Assembly: GCF_046105845.1 (NCBI RefSeq)
Contig: NZ_CP151004.1
Direction: 5' to 3' (one strand)
From: Escherichia coli
GTDB taxonomy: Bacteria; Pseudomonadota; Gammaproteobacteria; Enterobacterales; Enterobacteriaceae
DNA: 64,000 bases
The stretch's first letter is position 1, and every line of letters begins with the position of its first letter. Below the pieces are notes generated by a model, which worked only from the letters and a program-made list of their open reading frames with translations, ran no database searches and had not been told where the DNA came from. The translations under genes were made by a program, and so were the position numbers. Of this stretch, positions 1 through 11,586 are shown piece by piece.

Positions 1-621
1 AAACCACTCTTCCCAGCCAGTAATACGGGTACTTTGATGCAGAAGTGGTAACTCTGTAAGCAGTTCTGCCACTGACAGTTTTTGATCGGACATTGTAAGC
101 AAACTGCCGCTGCATACCGGCAAAATCTCCTCTTCAAAGAGATATTCTACTTCCGCCCAGGGCGCGCAAAAATTTTCGCGCATAATGACAGCATCGTACT
201 CCCGATTAAGAAAATCGCCGTTATTAGCTAAAGAGTGAATATTAACAATAATATCGGAATGTAACTTTGTGAATTCATGTAAATTTGGGATTAACCAGTG
301 GGTACTAAACGTAGGATTCACGGCAAGTTCAATAACCTTAACCGTAGGCTGCCAGGTCATAATGGTATTGGTATCGCGTTCCAGCTTATTTAATGTTTCT
401 TTTACTATCCCCAGGTAATACTTCCCTGCATCATTAAGAAAAATACGTTTTTTAGAGTGTGAAAATAACGGAGTATGTAAAAATTCCTCCAGCGCACTCA
501 CTTGTCTGAATACTGCACTTTGGGTCAACGCTAACTCCTCTGCCGCTCTGGTATAACTTTCATGACGTGCGACGACCTCAAAAGTCACCAGCAGCTCCGT
601 TTTAGGTATTTTTCCTCGCAT
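1..621 (-). CDS. LysR-family transcriptional regulator, 3'-truncated by the window edge (about 207 N-terminal residues present)
   Basis: Not in the ORF track because it is incomplete. Reverse-strand ATG at 619-621 opens a frame translating MRGKIPKTELLVTFEVVARHESYTRAAEELALTQSAVFRQVSALEEFL..., with a typical LysR N-terminal winged-HTH followed by a co-inducer-domain-like region. Family assignment by eye. Confidence 0.7.
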   Translation of the reverse strand, partial: MRGKIPKTELLVTFEVVARHESYTRAAEELALTQSAVFRQVSALEEFLHTPLFSHSKKRIFLNDAGKYYLGIVKETLNKLERDTNTIMTWQPTVKVIELAVNPTFSTHWLIPNLHEFTKLHSDIIVNIHSLANNGDFLNREYDAVIMRENFCAPWAEVEYLFEEEILPVCSGSLLTMSDQKLSVAELLTELPLLHQSTRITGWEEWF

Positions 622-1185
622 AATGCCGTCCCTTAAAAATAGTTTAAACCATCAAAAATACATTACTTATTACGAAGTAATGGTAACCAAAGCAGCAATA
701 AATAATTTATAAGAATCATGATTGACATTTATAACCCAGTAAGCCTGGCGTGACAAATATCTTAATCAGATAATAATAATCCGAAAAGCACAGCGCCTTT
801 CGAATTATCCGGAATCACATTAAGTGAAAATTATTAAATTGATATCATTTATCATATCTGTGGATATTATGATAAACAATCAACAAAGATTTTATTTTTG
901 ATTTATAGCATATCCCTCTAAGAATTTTTGCGATGCTGCAATATCCGGGGTAAAGACCCGATCCTGGCTGACAAATGGCACGACTTGACGATAAGCGGTG
1001 AACATCGCTTTTGTTGATTTACTTAACGCTACGGTCAAACGCTGGGAAGCCAGTGCATCAGGTAACGATTCGAAATTCGCCGTCGTTCTTATTCGTGGCT
1101 TGCGGTCGGTTGCGGCAATCCACAGTGGCTGTGGTCATGCAGTCAAGCCAGCGGTCAGATTTCGACCGTGGTTAACATTTAAGGC

Positions 1186-1211
1186 ATAAAAAAGGCCATC
1201 ATATGATGGCC
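1186..1211 (-). terminator. Rho-independent terminator downstream of sucD
   Basis: Perfect hairpin GGCCATCATATGATGGCC (1194-1211) followed on the minus strand by a U-run (A-run 1188-1193 on plus). Confidence 0.75.
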
Positions 1212-1286
1212 AACCATGTCGAAACCGACAGCCCTTCGCCATTCCTGTAGAGGGAAGCGGCGAGGGCTATTTCTTATTACAGATAT
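1186..1286 (-). ncRNA. sdhX: Candidate SdhX (RybD) sRNA, the sucD 3'UTR ending at the sucD terminator
   Basis: Positional: in E. coli the sucD 3'UTR is processed into the sRNA SdhX. The interval between the sucD stop and the terminator is about 100 nt. Sequence identity was not checked. Confidence 0.45.
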
Positions 1287-2156
1287 TTATTTCAGAACAG
1301 TTTTCAGTGCTTCACCGATATCCGCCAGGCTGCGAACGGTTTTCACGCCTGCGGCTTCCAGAGCAGCGAATTTCTCATCCGCAGTCCCTTTCCCACCGGC
1401 AATGATCGCACCCGCGTGGCCCATACGTTTGCCTTTCGGCGCAGTCACACCAGCGATGTAACCCACAACAGGCTTGGTAACGTGCTCTTTGATGTACGCA
1501 GCCGCTTCTTCTTCAGCGCTACCGCCGATCTCACCGATCATCACGATCGCTTCGGTCTGCGGATCTTTTTCGAACATTTCGAGGATGTCGATAAAGTTAG
1601 AGCCAGGGATCGGGTCGCCGCCGATACCGACACAGGTCGACTGACCGAAACCGTAATCCGTGGTCTGTTTAACCGCTTCATAGGTCAGTGTACCGGAACG
1701 GGAAACGATACCCACTTTACCCGGTTTGTGAATGTGACCCGGCTGGATACCGATTTTGCATTCACCCGGAGTGATTACGCCCGGACAGTTCGGGCCGATC
1801 ATACGAACGCCTGCTTCATCCAGTTTCACTTTCACGGTCAGCATATCCAGCGTCGGGATGCCTTCAGTGATGGTGATAATCAGTTTGATGCCTGCATCGA
1901 TGGCTTCCAGAATGGAGTCTTTGCAGAACGGTGCTGGTACGTAGATAACAGAAGCGGTAGCGCCAGTAGCAGCAACAGCTTCACGAACGGTGTTGAACAC
2001 CGGCAGGCCGAGGTGGGTGGTGCCGCCTTTACCTGGGGTTACGCCGCCAACCATTTTAGTGCCGTATGCAATAGCCTGTTCTGAGTGGAAAGTCCCCTGG
2101 CTACCGGTAAAGCCCTGGCAGATAACCTTGGTGTTTTTATCAATTAAAATGGACAT
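1287..2156 (-). CDS. sucD: Succinyl-CoA synthetase alpha subunit
   Basis: 289-aa [48 protein letters not shown]...; CoA-binding and phospho-His region recognisable. Its start overlaps the sucC stop. Confidence 0.97.
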
Positions 2157-3322
2157 TATTTCCCCTCCACTGCGGCAACAACCTGCTGAGCTGCATCCGT
2201 CAGACCTTTTGCTGCAATAATATTCAGGCCGCTGTCAGCCAGTTTCTTCGCGCCGAGTTCGGCGTTGTTACCTTCCAGACGTACCACGACCGGTACGTTA
2301 ACACCCACTTCCGCTACCGCGCCGATGATACCGTCAGCGATCAGGTCGCAACGAACGATACCGCCGAAGATGTTAACCAGAACGGCTTTCACTTTGTCGT
2401 CAGAGAGGATGATTTTGAACGCTTCGGTTACACGTTCTTTGGTTGCGCCGCCGCCAACGTCAAGGAAGTTAGCTGGTTCGCCGCCGTGCAGTTTAACGAT
2501 GTCCATCGTACCCATCGCCAGACCTGCGCCGTTAACCATACAACCGATGTTACCGTCCAGCGCAACGTAGTTCAGTTCCCACTGTGCAGCCTGTGCTTCA
2601 CGTGGATCTTCCTGCGACTGGTCACGCATTTCGCGCAGATCAGGCTGGCGGAACAGTGCGTTGCCATCAGCGCCCAGTTTGCCGTCGAGGCAAATCAGAT
2701 CGCCCTGTTTGGTGATGACCAGCGGGTTGATTTCGATCAGCGCCAGGTCGCGCTCCAGGAAAATGGTCGCCAGGCCCATGAAGATTTTGGTGAACTGCTG
2801 AACCAGTTTACCTTCCAGACCCAGTTTGAACGCCAGCTCGCGTCCCTGATACGGCATCGGGCCAGTCAGCGGATCAAGCGCAACTTTGTGGATCAGGTGC
2901 GGAGTTTCTTCCGCCACTTTTTCGATTTCCACGCCGCCTTCGGTGGAGGCCATAAAGACCACACGACGGGAACTACGGTCAACAACGGCACCGAGATACA
3001 GCTCTTTAGCGATATCGGTCGCTGCTTCAACCAGAATCTGGTTAACCGGTTGGCCATTGGCATCTGTTTGATACGTTACCAGACGCTTGCCCAGCCAGTT
3101 TTCTGCAAAAGCACGGATGTCTTCTTTGCTGTTTACAACTTTCACACCGCCCGCTTTACCGCGGCCACCAGCGTGAACCTGACATTTCACTACCCACGGA
3201 CCGGCACCGATTTTTGAAGCGGCTTCTTCTGCTTCGCGCGGAGTAGTACAGGCATAACCCACCGGTGCTGGTAAGCCATAGCGGGCAAAAAGTTGTTTTG
3301 CCTGATATTCATGTAAGTTCAT
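2156..3322 (-). CDS. sucC: Succinyl-CoA synthetase beta subunit
   Basis: 388-aa [42 protein letters not shown]... (ATP-grasp). Confidence 0.97.
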
Positions 3323-3415
3323 GTGTTCTGTCCATCCTTCAGTAATCGTTATCTTTTAAACCGTAGACCGACACCCTATCCACGTCGGTCTACAGTGCAG
3401 GTGAAGCTTAAACTA

Positions 3416-4633
3416 CTACACGTCCAGCAGCAGACGCGTCGGATCTTCCAGCAACTCTTTGATCGTTACCAGGAAGCCCACGGATTCGCGACCATCGATC
3501 AGACGGTGATCGTAGGACAGCGCCAGGTACATCATCGGCAGGATCTCAACCTGACCATTCACCGCCATCGGACGATCTTTGATAGCGTGCATACCCAGAA
3601 TTGCGCTCTGCGGCGGGTTGATGATAGGCGTTGACATCAGGGAACCGAACACACCACCGTTGGTGATGGTGAAGTTACCACCGGTCAGATCTTCAACCGT
3701 CAGCTTGCCGTCACGGCCTTTAACTGCCAGCTCTTTGATTTTCTTCTCGATATCTGCCATGCCTAGGGTATCGACATCACGCAGTACCGGCGTCACCAGG
3801 CCGCGCGGCGTAGAAACCGCCATGCTGACGTCGAAATAGTTGTGGTAAACCACATCATCGCCGTCGATAGACGCGTTCACTTCCGGGTAACGTTTCAGGG
3901 CTTCAACCACCGCTTTCACGTAGAAGGACATAAAGCCCAGACGAATACCGTGACGTTTTTCAAACGCTTCACCGTACTGCTTACGCAGATCCATAATCGG
4001 CTTCATGTTGACTTCGTTGAACGTGGTCAGCATGGCGGTGGAGTTTTTCGCTTCCAGCAGACGCTCTGCCACACGCTTACGCAGGCGAGTCATCGGGACA
4101 CGTTTTTCGCTACGTGCAGCCAGAGCCGGTTGCGCCACCGGAGCAGCCGCTGCCGGAGCAGACTCTTTCGCCGGGGCTTTCGCCAGATGTTTTTCCACAT
4201 CTTCACGAGTCAGACGACCACCCACACCGGTGCCTTTAATGGCGCTGGCGTCGAGGTTGTGTTCAGCCAGCATGCGGCGGATCGCCGGGCTTAACGCATC
4301 GTTGTTTTGCTCTTCCAGAGACGCCTGCTGGCGTTGCGCCGGAGTGGACGCTTTCTCTTCAGATTTGGCGCTGGTTTCTTTACCCGCGCTGTTGCCTTCA
4401 CGCAGGCGACCAAGGATTTGACGAGACGTTACCGTTGTACCTTCATCTTCCAGAACCGCATCCAGAATGCCGTCTGCTGATGCCGGTACTTCCAGTACCA
4501 CTTTGTCAGTTTCGATTTCTACCAGCACTTCATCACGTACGACTGCGTCGCCGGGTTTTTTATGCCAGGTTGCGACGGTGGCATCGGCTACGGATTCAGG
4601 CAGGTCAGGGACCAGAATATCTACGCTACTCAT
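3416..4633 (-). CDS. sucB: 2-oxoglutarate dehydrogenase E2, dihydrolipoyllysine-residue succinyltransferase
   Basis: 405-aa ORF with N-terminal lipoyl domain ([12 protein letters not shown]), Ala/Pro linker and C-terminal acyltransferase core (DHRLIDG). Confidence 0.97.
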   Translation of the reverse strand: MSSVDILVPDLPESVADATVATWHKKPGDAVVRDEVLVEIETDKVVLEVPASADGILDAVLEDEGTTVTSRQILGRLREGNSAGKETSAKSEEKASTPAQRQQASLEEQNNDALSPAIRRMLAEHNLDASAIKGTGVGGRLTREDVEKHLAKAPAKESAPAAAAPVAQPALAARSEKRVPMTRLRKRVAERLLEAKNSTAMLTTFNEVNMKPIMDLRKQYGEAFEKRHGIRLGFMSFYVKAVVEALKRYPEVNASIDGDDVVYHNYFDVSMAVSTPRGLVTPVLRDVDTLGMADIEKKIKELAVKGRDGKLTVEDLTGGNFTITNGGVFGSLMSTPIINPPQSAILGMHAIKDRPMAVNGQVEILPMMYLALSYDHRLIDGRESVGFLVTIKELLEDPTRLLLDV

Positions 4634-4647
4634 TGTGTATCCTTTAT

Positions 4648-7449
4648 TTATTCGACGTTCAGCGCGTCATTAACCAGATCTTGTTGCTGTTTCTGGTGAA
4701 CGGACATATACCCTACCGCCGGAGAGGCGGAGGCCGGGCGGCCTGCATAACGCAGAGAAGCCCCAAACGGAATCACTTCACGGAAATGATGCTGGCTGCA
4801 GTACCATGCGCCCTGGTTGAGCGGCTCTTCCTGGCACCAGACAAAATCCTTGACGTGAGCAAACTGCTGCAACACTTCCTGCATCGCTTTATGCGGGAAC
4901 GGGTAGAGTTGCTCGATACGCACAATGGCGACATCGTGTTGATTGTTCTTACGACGTTGTTCCAGCAGGTCGTAATAAACCTTACCAGAACACATCACTA
5001 CACGCTTAACGCCCTTCGGATCAAGCTCGTCGATTTCACCGATGGCTGGCAGGAAGGTGCCGTTCGCCAGTTCTTCGAGGCTGGAAACCGCCAGCGGATG
5101 ACGCAGCAGGGATTTCGGCGACATCACGACCAGCGGACGACGCATCCCGCGCAGCGCCTGACGACGCAGCATGTGGTAAACCTGTGCCGGGGTAGACGGT
5201 ACGCACACCTGCATGTTTTGCTCAGCGCAAAGTTGCAGATAACGTTCCAGACGCGCGGAGGAGTGCTCCGGCCCCTGCCCTTCGTAACCGTGCGGCAGCA
5301 ACATCACCAGACCACACATCCGGCCCCATTTCTGTTCGCCAGAGGAGATGAACTGGTCGATAACCACCTGAGCACCGTTAGCGAAGTCACCGAACTGTGC
5401 TTCCCAGATAGTCAGAGTGCGTGGTTCTGCGGTGGCATAACCGTATTCAAACGCCAGCACGGCTTCTTCTGACAGTACGGAGTCCCAGACACGAAACGCG
5501 CCCTGACCGTTATGGATGTGTTGCAGCGGCGTGTAAGTGGAACCGTTAGACTGGTTGTGGATCACCGCGTGGCGGTGGAAGAAGGTACCGCGACCGGAGT
5601 CTTCACCCGACAGGCGAACCGGAATGCCTTCGTCAACCAGCGTGGCGTAAGCGAGGTTTTCCGCGCCGCCCCAGTCGAACAGTTTCTCACCAGCTGCCAT
5701 CGCCTGGCGATCGCCATAAATCTTGGCAACGCGAGACTGCATTTCAACTGCTTCCGGCACCGTGCTGATGCGTTTAGCCAGTTCCTGCAGGCGCTTCATC
5801 TCAACTTTGTTCGGGTACTCTTCGTCCCATTCGTGGTTGAGGTACGGCGACCAGGTGAAAGAGTGCATGTTCATCGGACGCCACTCTGCCACTACGCAAT
5901 CGCCAGCATCCAGCGCATCGCGGTACAGGTTAACCATCTCGGTGGCATCTTCGAGCGTCGCCACTTTTTCTTGCTCCAGCTTGTCAGCGTAGATTTTGCG
6001 CGGCGTCGGATGTTTTTTGATTTTCTGATACATCAGCGGCTGAGTTGCGCTCGGCTCGTCGGCTTCGTTATGGCCATGACGGCGGTAGCACACCAGGTCG
6101 ATGAAGACATCACGTTTAAAGGTGTTACGGAAATCGAGCGCCAGACGGGTCACAAAGGCAACGGCTTCCGGATCATCCGCGTTAACGTGGAAAATCGGTG
6201 CCTGAACCATCTTACCGATATCAGTACAGTACGGCGTCGAACGGGCATCCAGCGGGTTAGAGGTGGTGAAGCCAACCTGGTTGTTGATAACGATACGTAC
6301 CGTACCGCCAACTTCATAACCACGCGCTTTCGACATGTTCAGGGTTTCCTGAACCACGCCCTGCCCGGTCACTGCGGCGTCACCATGAATGGTGATTGGC
6401 AGCACTTTGTTGCTGCTCGGCTCATCAAGTCTGTCCAGACGGGCACGAACAGAACCGATAACGACCGGGCTTACAATCTCAAGGTGAGACGGGTTAAACG
6501 CCAGCGCCAGGTGCACCAGGCCGCCATCGGTCTGGAAGTCAGACGAGAAGCCCATGTGGTATTTCACGTCGCCCGTGCCGAGGTGTTCTTTATGTTTACC
6601 GGCAAACTCGTCGAACAAGTCTTGCGGTTTTTTACCCAGCACGTTCACCAGCACGTTCAGACGGCCACGGTGCGCCATCCCGAGAACCACTTCGCGGGTG
6701 CCGCTGTTGCCAGCGTGGCGGATCATCTCTTTAAGCATCGGGATTAACGCGTCACCGCCTTCCAGCGAGAAGCGTTTTGCGCCAGGGAATTTTGCGCCGA
6801 GGTAACGTTCAAGGCCTTCAGCGGCGGTCAGTTCGCTTAAGAAGCGTTTTTTCTCTTCGCTATTGAAAGTCGCGCGACCAGACTCGATACGCTGTTGGAT
6901 CCAGCGTTTTTCTTCGGTGCTGGTAATATGCATATACTCGGCACCAATCGGGCCGCAGTAGGTTTGCTTGAGGGCTTCCAGCAGCTCGCCGAGTTTCATG
7001 GTTTCTTTGCCGCTGGCAAATGAACCGACGTTGAAGGTCTCCTGGAAGTCTGCTTCGGTCAGATCGTGGAAAGACGGATCCAGATCGGCCACTTTATCTT
7101 GCTGCCACAGTCCCAGCGGATCGAGATTCGCATGCTGGTGACCACGGAAGCGGTATGCGTTAATGAGCTGCAGGACTTTAACCTGCTTCACATTGGTGTC
7201 AGGGTCGGAGATCGTTGAAGAGTAACGTGAAGCGTCTTTCGCCAGGCGGCGGAAATATTCACGCGTTTGAGAGTGGAATTGATCCGGTTTGACTCCCGTA
7301 CCAGGTAACTGCTGGAACGTCGAACGCCAGTTAGCGTCAACCGAGTCAGGATCGGTTAAGAAGTCTTCATAGAGCTGTTCTATCCAGCTCTGGTTTGCGC
7401 CAGAGAGGTAAGAAGAGTCCAACCAGGCTTTCAAAGCGCTGTTCTGCAT
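4648..7449 (-). CDS. sucA: 2-oxoglutarate dehydrogenase E1 component
   Basis: 933-aa [41 protein letters not shown]...; ThDP-dependent E1. Confidence 0.97.
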   Translation of the reverse strand: MQNSALKAWLDSSYLSGANQSWIEQLYEDFLTDPDSVDANWRSTFQQLPGTGVKPDQFHSQTREYFRRLAKDASRYSSTISDPDTNVKQVKVLQLINAYRFRGHQHANLDPLGLWQQDKVADLDPSFHDLTEADFQETFNVGSFASGKETMKLGELLEALKQTYCGPIGAEYMHITSTEEKRWIQQRIESGRATFNSEEKKRFLSELTAAEGLERYLGAKFPGAKRFSLEGGDALIPMLKEMIRHAGNSGTREVVLGMAHRGRLNVLVNVLGKKPQDLFDEFAGKHKEHLGTGDVKYHMGFSSDFQTDGGLVHLALAFNPSHLEIVSPVVIGSVRARLDRLDEPSSNKVLPITIHGDAAVTGQGVVQETLNMSKARGYEVGGTVRIVINNQVGFTTSNPLDARSTPYCTDIGKMVQAPIFHVNADDPEAVAFVTRLALDFRNTFKRDVFIDLVCYRRHGHNEADEPSATQPLMYQKIKKHPTPRKIYADKLEQEKVATLEDATEMVNLYRDALDAGDCVVAEWRPMNMHSFTWSPYLNHEWDEEYPNKVEMKRLQELAKRISTVPEAVEMQSRVAKIYGDRQAMAAGEKLFDWGGAENLAYATLVDEGIPVRLSGEDSGRGTFFHRHAVIHNQSNGSTYTPLQHIHNGQGAFRVWDSVLSEEAVLAFEYGYATAEPRTLTIWEAQFGDFANGAQVVIDQFISSGEQKWGRMCGLVMLLPHGYEGQGPEHSSARLERYLQLCAEQNMQVCVPSTPAQVYHMLRRQALRGMRRPLVVMSPKSLLRHPLAVSSLEELANGTFLPAIGEIDELDPKGVKRVVMCSGKVYYDLLEQRRKNNQHDVAIVRIEQLYPFPHKAMQEVLQQFAHVKDFVWCQEEPLNQGAWYCSQHHFREVIPFGASLRYAGRPASASPAVGYMSVHQKQQQDLVNDALNVE

Positions 7450-7616
7450 CGTGATCCCTTAAGCATCTTTTTTATGCTTACTTCGCCGTGGATACTACCA
7501 CGCACAGTGATGTGCGTGCCGGGGTTCACTTGCGAGCTCTTGTCTACGTAGTGGCTCGCGAAGGAACCTTTAAAAACTGTCTTAGTGTCAGGGGCAGTTT
7601 TTAAAGATTTCCTGAA

Positions 7617-7640
7617 TAGCCGGGGGATTTCCCCGGCATC
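7617..7640. terminator. Hairpin at the sdhB 3' end (possible partial terminator or attenuator between the sdh and suc transcripts)
   Basis: GCCGGGGgatttCCCCGGC inverted repeat at 7619-7637 immediately after the sdhB stop; only a weak U-run follows on the minus strand. Confidence 0.4.
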
Positions 7641-7649
7641 AACATTTAA

Positions 7650-8366
7650 TTACGCATTACGTTGCAACAACATCGACTTGATATGGCCGATGGCGCGCGT
7701 CGGGTTCAGCCCCTTCGGACATACACTGACGCAGTTCATGATGCTGTGACAGCGGAATACACTGAATGCATCGCTCAAACCGTCGAGGCGGCTGTCAGTC
7801 TCGGTATCACGGCTATCGATCAGGAAACGATATGCCGCTAACAAGCCTGCCGGGCCGATAAACTTATCGGGATTCCACCAGAAAGACGGACAAGAGGTTG
7901 AACAACATGCGCAGAGAATACATTCATACAGCCCGTCGAGTTTTTCGCGCTGCTCTGGCATCTGTAAATGCTCGCGAGCTGGCGGATTTTGTCCATTATT
8001 CAACAGGTAAGGCTTAATTTTCTCATATTGCGCATAGAATTGTCCCATGTCTACCACCAAATCGCGGATCACCGGTAAACCTGGCAGCGGGCGAATCACA
8101 ATCTTCTTGCCCGGCTGGTTGAGTGCCGAAATCGGGGTAATACAGGCCAGACCATTCTTGCCGTTCATGTTCAGACCGTCGGAACCGCACACACCTTCAC
8201 GGCAGGAGCGACGGAACGACAGGCTGGGATCTTTCTCTTTCAGCTGGATAAGCGCATCCAGCAGCATCATGTCACGACCTTCTTCCGCTTCCAGGGTGTA
8301 ATCCTGCATACGCGGAGCATCATCAACATCCGGGTTATAGCGATAAATTGAAAACTCGAGTCTCAT
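7650..8366 (-). CDS. sdhB: Succinate dehydrogenase iron-sulfur subunit
   Basis: 238-aa ORF MRLEFSIYRYNPDVDDAPRMQDYTLEAEEGRDMMLLDALIQLKEKDPSLSFRRSCREGVCGSDG...; Cys clusters for the 2Fe-2S, 4Fe-4S and 3Fe-4S centres. Confidence 0.97.
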   Translation of the reverse strand: MRLEFSIYRYNPDVDDAPRMQDYTLEAEEGRDMMLLDALIQLKEKDPSLSFRRSCREGVCGSDGLNMNGKNGLACITPISALNQPGKKIVIRPLPGLPVIRDLVVDMGQFYAQYEKIKPYLLNNGQNPPAREHLQMPEQREKLDGLYECILCACCSTSCPSFWWNPDKFIGPAGLLAAYRFLIDSRDTETDSRLDGLSDAFSVFRCHSIMNCVSVCPKGLNPTRAIGHIKSMLLQRNA

Positions 8367-8381
8367 TTTCCTGTCTCCGCA

Positions 8382-10148
8382 TTAGTAAGTACGAATCTTC
8401 GGCGGGAATGCCGGGCGCAGTTTCGGTTCCATGTTGACGCTTCGGCGCGTCATGGATTCCGACTCTGGCAGATACAGGGAGTGGCACAGCCAGTTTTCAT
8501 CATCACGATCCGGGAAGTCGAAGCGGCTATGCGCGCCACGGCTTTCGGTACGGAAGTTGGCAGAAACAGCCGTTGCATACGCCGTTTCCATCAGGTTATC
8601 CAGTTCCAGGCACTCAACGCGCTGGGTGTTGAACTCGCTGGAAGTGTCATCCAGACGGGCATTTTTCAGACGCTCGCGGATCACTTTCAACTGCTCAAGC
8701 CCTTTCGCCATCGCATCACCTTCACGGAAGACCGAGAAGTTATGCTGCATACATTCTTGCAGCGCTTTACGAATCGCCACCGGATCTTCACCGTTACGAT
8801 TATTGTTCCAGCGGTTCAGACGATCCAGAGACGCTTCAACATCAGACTCGCTGGCATCGCGCAGTGCGCCCTGCTCGGCGATAGACTCTTGCAGATGCAG
8901 ACCTGCCGCACGACCAAAGACCACCAGGTCCAGCAGCGAGTTGCCGCCCAGACGGTTAGCGCCGTGTACCGATACACAAGCGATTTCACCAACGGCAAAC
9001 AGCCCCGGAACCACCACATCTTCGCCTTTCTCGTTCACAGTCAGCGCCTGACCGGTCACTTTGGTCGGAATACCGCCCATCATGTAGTGACAGGTTGGGA
9101 TAACCGGAATCGGCTCTTTCACCGGATCAACGTGAGCGAAGGTACGGGAGAGTTCCAGGATACCCGGCAGACGGGATTCGAGAACTTCTTTACCCAGGTG
9201 GTCAAGTTTCAGTTTTGCGTGTGGCCCCCACGGACCATCACAGCCGCGACCTTCACGGATTTCGATCATGATGGAACGCGCCACCACGTCACGGCCCGCC
9301 AGGTCTTTGGCGTTCGGCGCATAACGCTCCATAAAGCGTTCGCCATGTTTGTTCAGCAGATAACCGCCTTCACCACGGCAACCTTCGGTGACCAGTACGC
9401 CCGCTCCTGCAATGCCGGTCGGGTGGAACTGCCACATTTCCATATCCTGTACTGGTACGCCTGCACGGATAGCCATGCCGACGCCGTCGCCAGTGTTAAT
9501 GTGGGCGTTGGTGGTGGACTGATAAATACGCCCTGCCCCGCCAGTCGCCAGCACGGTAGCGCGGGCTTTGAAATAAACCACTTCACCAGTTTCGATGCAC
9601 AGTGCGGTACAACCGACCACCGCGCCATCGGCGTTTTTCACCAGATCCAGCGCATACCATTCGGAGAAAATAGTGGTGTGGTTTTTCAGGTTCTGCTGAT
9701 AAAGGGTGTGCAACAGTGCGTGACCGGTACGGTCAGCTGCCGCCGCAGTGCGTGCCGCCTGCTCGCCGCCGAAGTTTTTCGACTGGCCGCCAAACGGACG
9801 TTGATAGATACGACCATCATCAAGGCGCGAGAACGGCAGGCCCATGTGTTCGAGCTCCAGAATCGCTTCCGGCCCGGTTTTACACATATATTCAATCGCG
9901 TCCTGGTCACCGATATAGTCCGAACCTTTTACGGTGTCGTACATATGCCATTCCCAGTTATCTTCATGGGTATTACCCAGCGCAACGGTAATGCCGCCTT
10001 GCGCAGAAACGGTATGGGAACGGGTCGGGAAGACTTTAGAGAGCAGCGCACAGGTCTGACCGCTCTGGGAAATTTGCAGCGCCGCGCGCATACCTGCGCC
10101 ACCGGCACCAATCACAACTGCATCAAATTCTCTGACTGGCAATTTCAT
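8382..10148 (-). CDS. sdhA: Succinate dehydrogenase flavoprotein subunit
   Basis: The track ORF (8382..10160) begins [23 protein letters not shown]...; start trimmed to the ATG giving MKLPVREF (588 aa), overlapping the sdhD stop by 1 nt. FAD-binding GxGxxG present. Confidence 0.95.
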   Translation of the reverse strand: MKLPVREFDAVVIGAGGAGMRAALQISQSGQTCALLSKVFPTRSHTVSAQGGITVALGNTHEDNWEWHMYDTVKGSDYIGDQDAIEYMCKTGPEAILELEHMGLPFSRLDDGRIYQRPFGGQSKNFGGEQAARTAAAADRTGHALLHTLYQQNLKNHTTIFSEWYALDLVKNADGAVVGCTALCIETGEVVYFKARATVLATGGAGRIYQSTTNAHINTGDGVGMAIRAGVPVQDMEMWQFHPTGIAGAGVLVTEGCRGEGGYLLNKHGERFMERYAPNAKDLAGRDVVARSIMIEIREGRGCDGPWGPHAKLKLDHLGKEVLESRLPGILELSRTFAHVDPVKEPIPVIPTCHYMMGGIPTKVTGQALTVNEKGEDVVVPGLFAVGEIACVSVHGANRLGGNSLLDLVVFGRAAGLHLQESIAEQGALRDASESDVEASLDRLNRWNNNRNGEDPVAIRKALQECMQHNFSVFREGDAMAKGLEQLKVIRERLKNARLDDTSSEFNTQRVECLELDNLMETAYATAVSANFRTESRGAHSRFDFPDRDDENWLCHSLYLPESESMTRRSVNMEPKLRPAFPPKIRTY

Positions 10149-10495
10149 CACACACCCCACACCACAACGAATCCATAAATCACGTAAACCACCAGTGCAA
10201 CGACAATCACCAGTTGCAGCATCAGGCGCAAAGCCAGCGGTTTAACGTAGTCGGTCAACACCTGCCACATGCCGATCCAGGCATGGATCAAGATAGAAAA
10301 CAGCGCCAGCAGGGTGAACACTTTGGTGAACGCAGAGGCGAAGAAACCGATCCAGACTTCATATGTCAGCTCGCCACTGGTAGCGAAAAAACCGACCATA
10401 TAAATGATGTAGAGCGTCAGGACGATAGCGGTAGCGCGAACGAGGATAAAATCATGTACGCCATTGCGTCCTAATGCGGAGGCGTTGCTTACCAT
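10148..10495 (-). CDS. sdhD: Succinate dehydrogenase hydrophobic membrane anchor subunit
   Basis: 115-aa [40 protein letters not shown]... Confidence 0.95.
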
Positions 10496-10878
10496 ACGAG
10501 GACTCCTGCGAGAAGTGAAAGCACGACAGTAATAACAAAGGAGATTTTGGCGGAGCGTTTACCCGCTTCGAATGTTTCTTCCAGATAGCCAAAATCCATC
10601 ATCATGTGGCGAATACCTACGACGACGTGATACGCCAGAGCGGTAAGGATGCCCCACATGATAAATTTGACGAAGAAGCTGCCCATAATCGCGGAAGCTT
10701 GCTCGAAACCTTCAGGGGAAGAGAGGCTGGTACCCAGAAGCCACAGCAGGATGCCCACTGCAACAAAGGTGATCACACCGGAAACGCGATGGAGAATGGA
10801 CGCTATCGCCGTGATGGGGAACCGGATGGTCTGTAGGTCCAGATTAACAGGTCTTTGTTTTTTCACATTTCTTATCAT
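10489..10878 (-). CDS. sdhC: Succinate dehydrogenase cytochrome b556 subunit
   Basis: The track ORF runs to 10893 ([15 protein letters not shown]...); start set at [34 protein letters not shown] (129 aa). Confidence 0.93.
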
Positions 10879-10893
10879 GAATAACGCCCACAT

Positions 10894-11586
10894 GCTGTTC
10901 TTATTATTCCCTGGGGACTACGGGCACAGAGGTTAACTTTCTGTTACCTGGAGACGTCGGGATTTCCTTCCTCCGGTCTGCTTGCGGGTCAGACAGCGTC
11001 CTTTCTATAACTGCGCGTCATGCAAAACACTGCTTCCAGATGCGAAAACGACACGTTACAACGCTGGGTGGCTCGGGATTGCAGGGTGTTCCGGAGACCT
11101 GGCGGCAGTATAGGCTGTTCACAAAATCATTACAATTAACCTACATATAGTTTGTCGGGTTTTATCCTGAACAGTGATCCAGGTCACGATAACAACATTT
11201 ATTTAATTTTTAATCATCTAATTTGACAATCATTCAACAAAGTTGTTACAAACATTACCAGGAAAAGCATATAATGCGTAAAAGTTATGAAGTCGGTATT
11301 TCACCTAAGATTAACTTATGTAACAGTGTGGAAGTATTGACCAATTCATTCGGGACAGTTATTAGTGGTAAACAAGTTTAATAATTCGGATTGCTAAGTA
11401 CTTGATTCGCCATTTATTCGTCATCAATGGATCCTTTACCTGCAAGCGCCCAGAGCTCTGTACCCAGGTTTTCCCCTCTTTCACAGAGCGGCGAGCCAAA
11501 TAACAAACGGGTAAAGCCAGGTTGATGTGCGAAGGCAAATTTAAGTTCCGGCAGTCTTACGCAATAAGGCGCTAAGGAGACCTTAA
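10894..11586. promoter_or_regulatory. Divergent gltA / sdhCDAB promoter region
   Basis: A 690-bp AT-rich gene-free interval between divergent gltA (+) and sdhC (-), which is the known arrangement in E. coli. Individual binding sites were not resolved. Confidence 0.6.

Noticed and set aside
998-1189. 63-aa plus-strand ORF in the sucD-distal intergenic region
   Set aside because: No RBS, no recognisable homology, and it overlaps the sucD terminator / candidate SdhX region on the other strand.
4435-5472. 345-aa plus-strand ORF overlapping the sucB/sucA junction
   Set aside because: Antisense to sucB and sucA, with no RBS or homology signal.
5512-6747. 411-aa plus-strand ORF inside sucA
   Set aside because: Antisense to a well-supported, highly conserved gene; low-complexity Arg/His/Val-rich translation typical of a shadow frame in GC-rich coding DNA.
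8481-10178. 565-aa plus-strand ORF spanning sdhA
   Set aside because: Antisense shadow ORF of sdhA with no recognisable domain.
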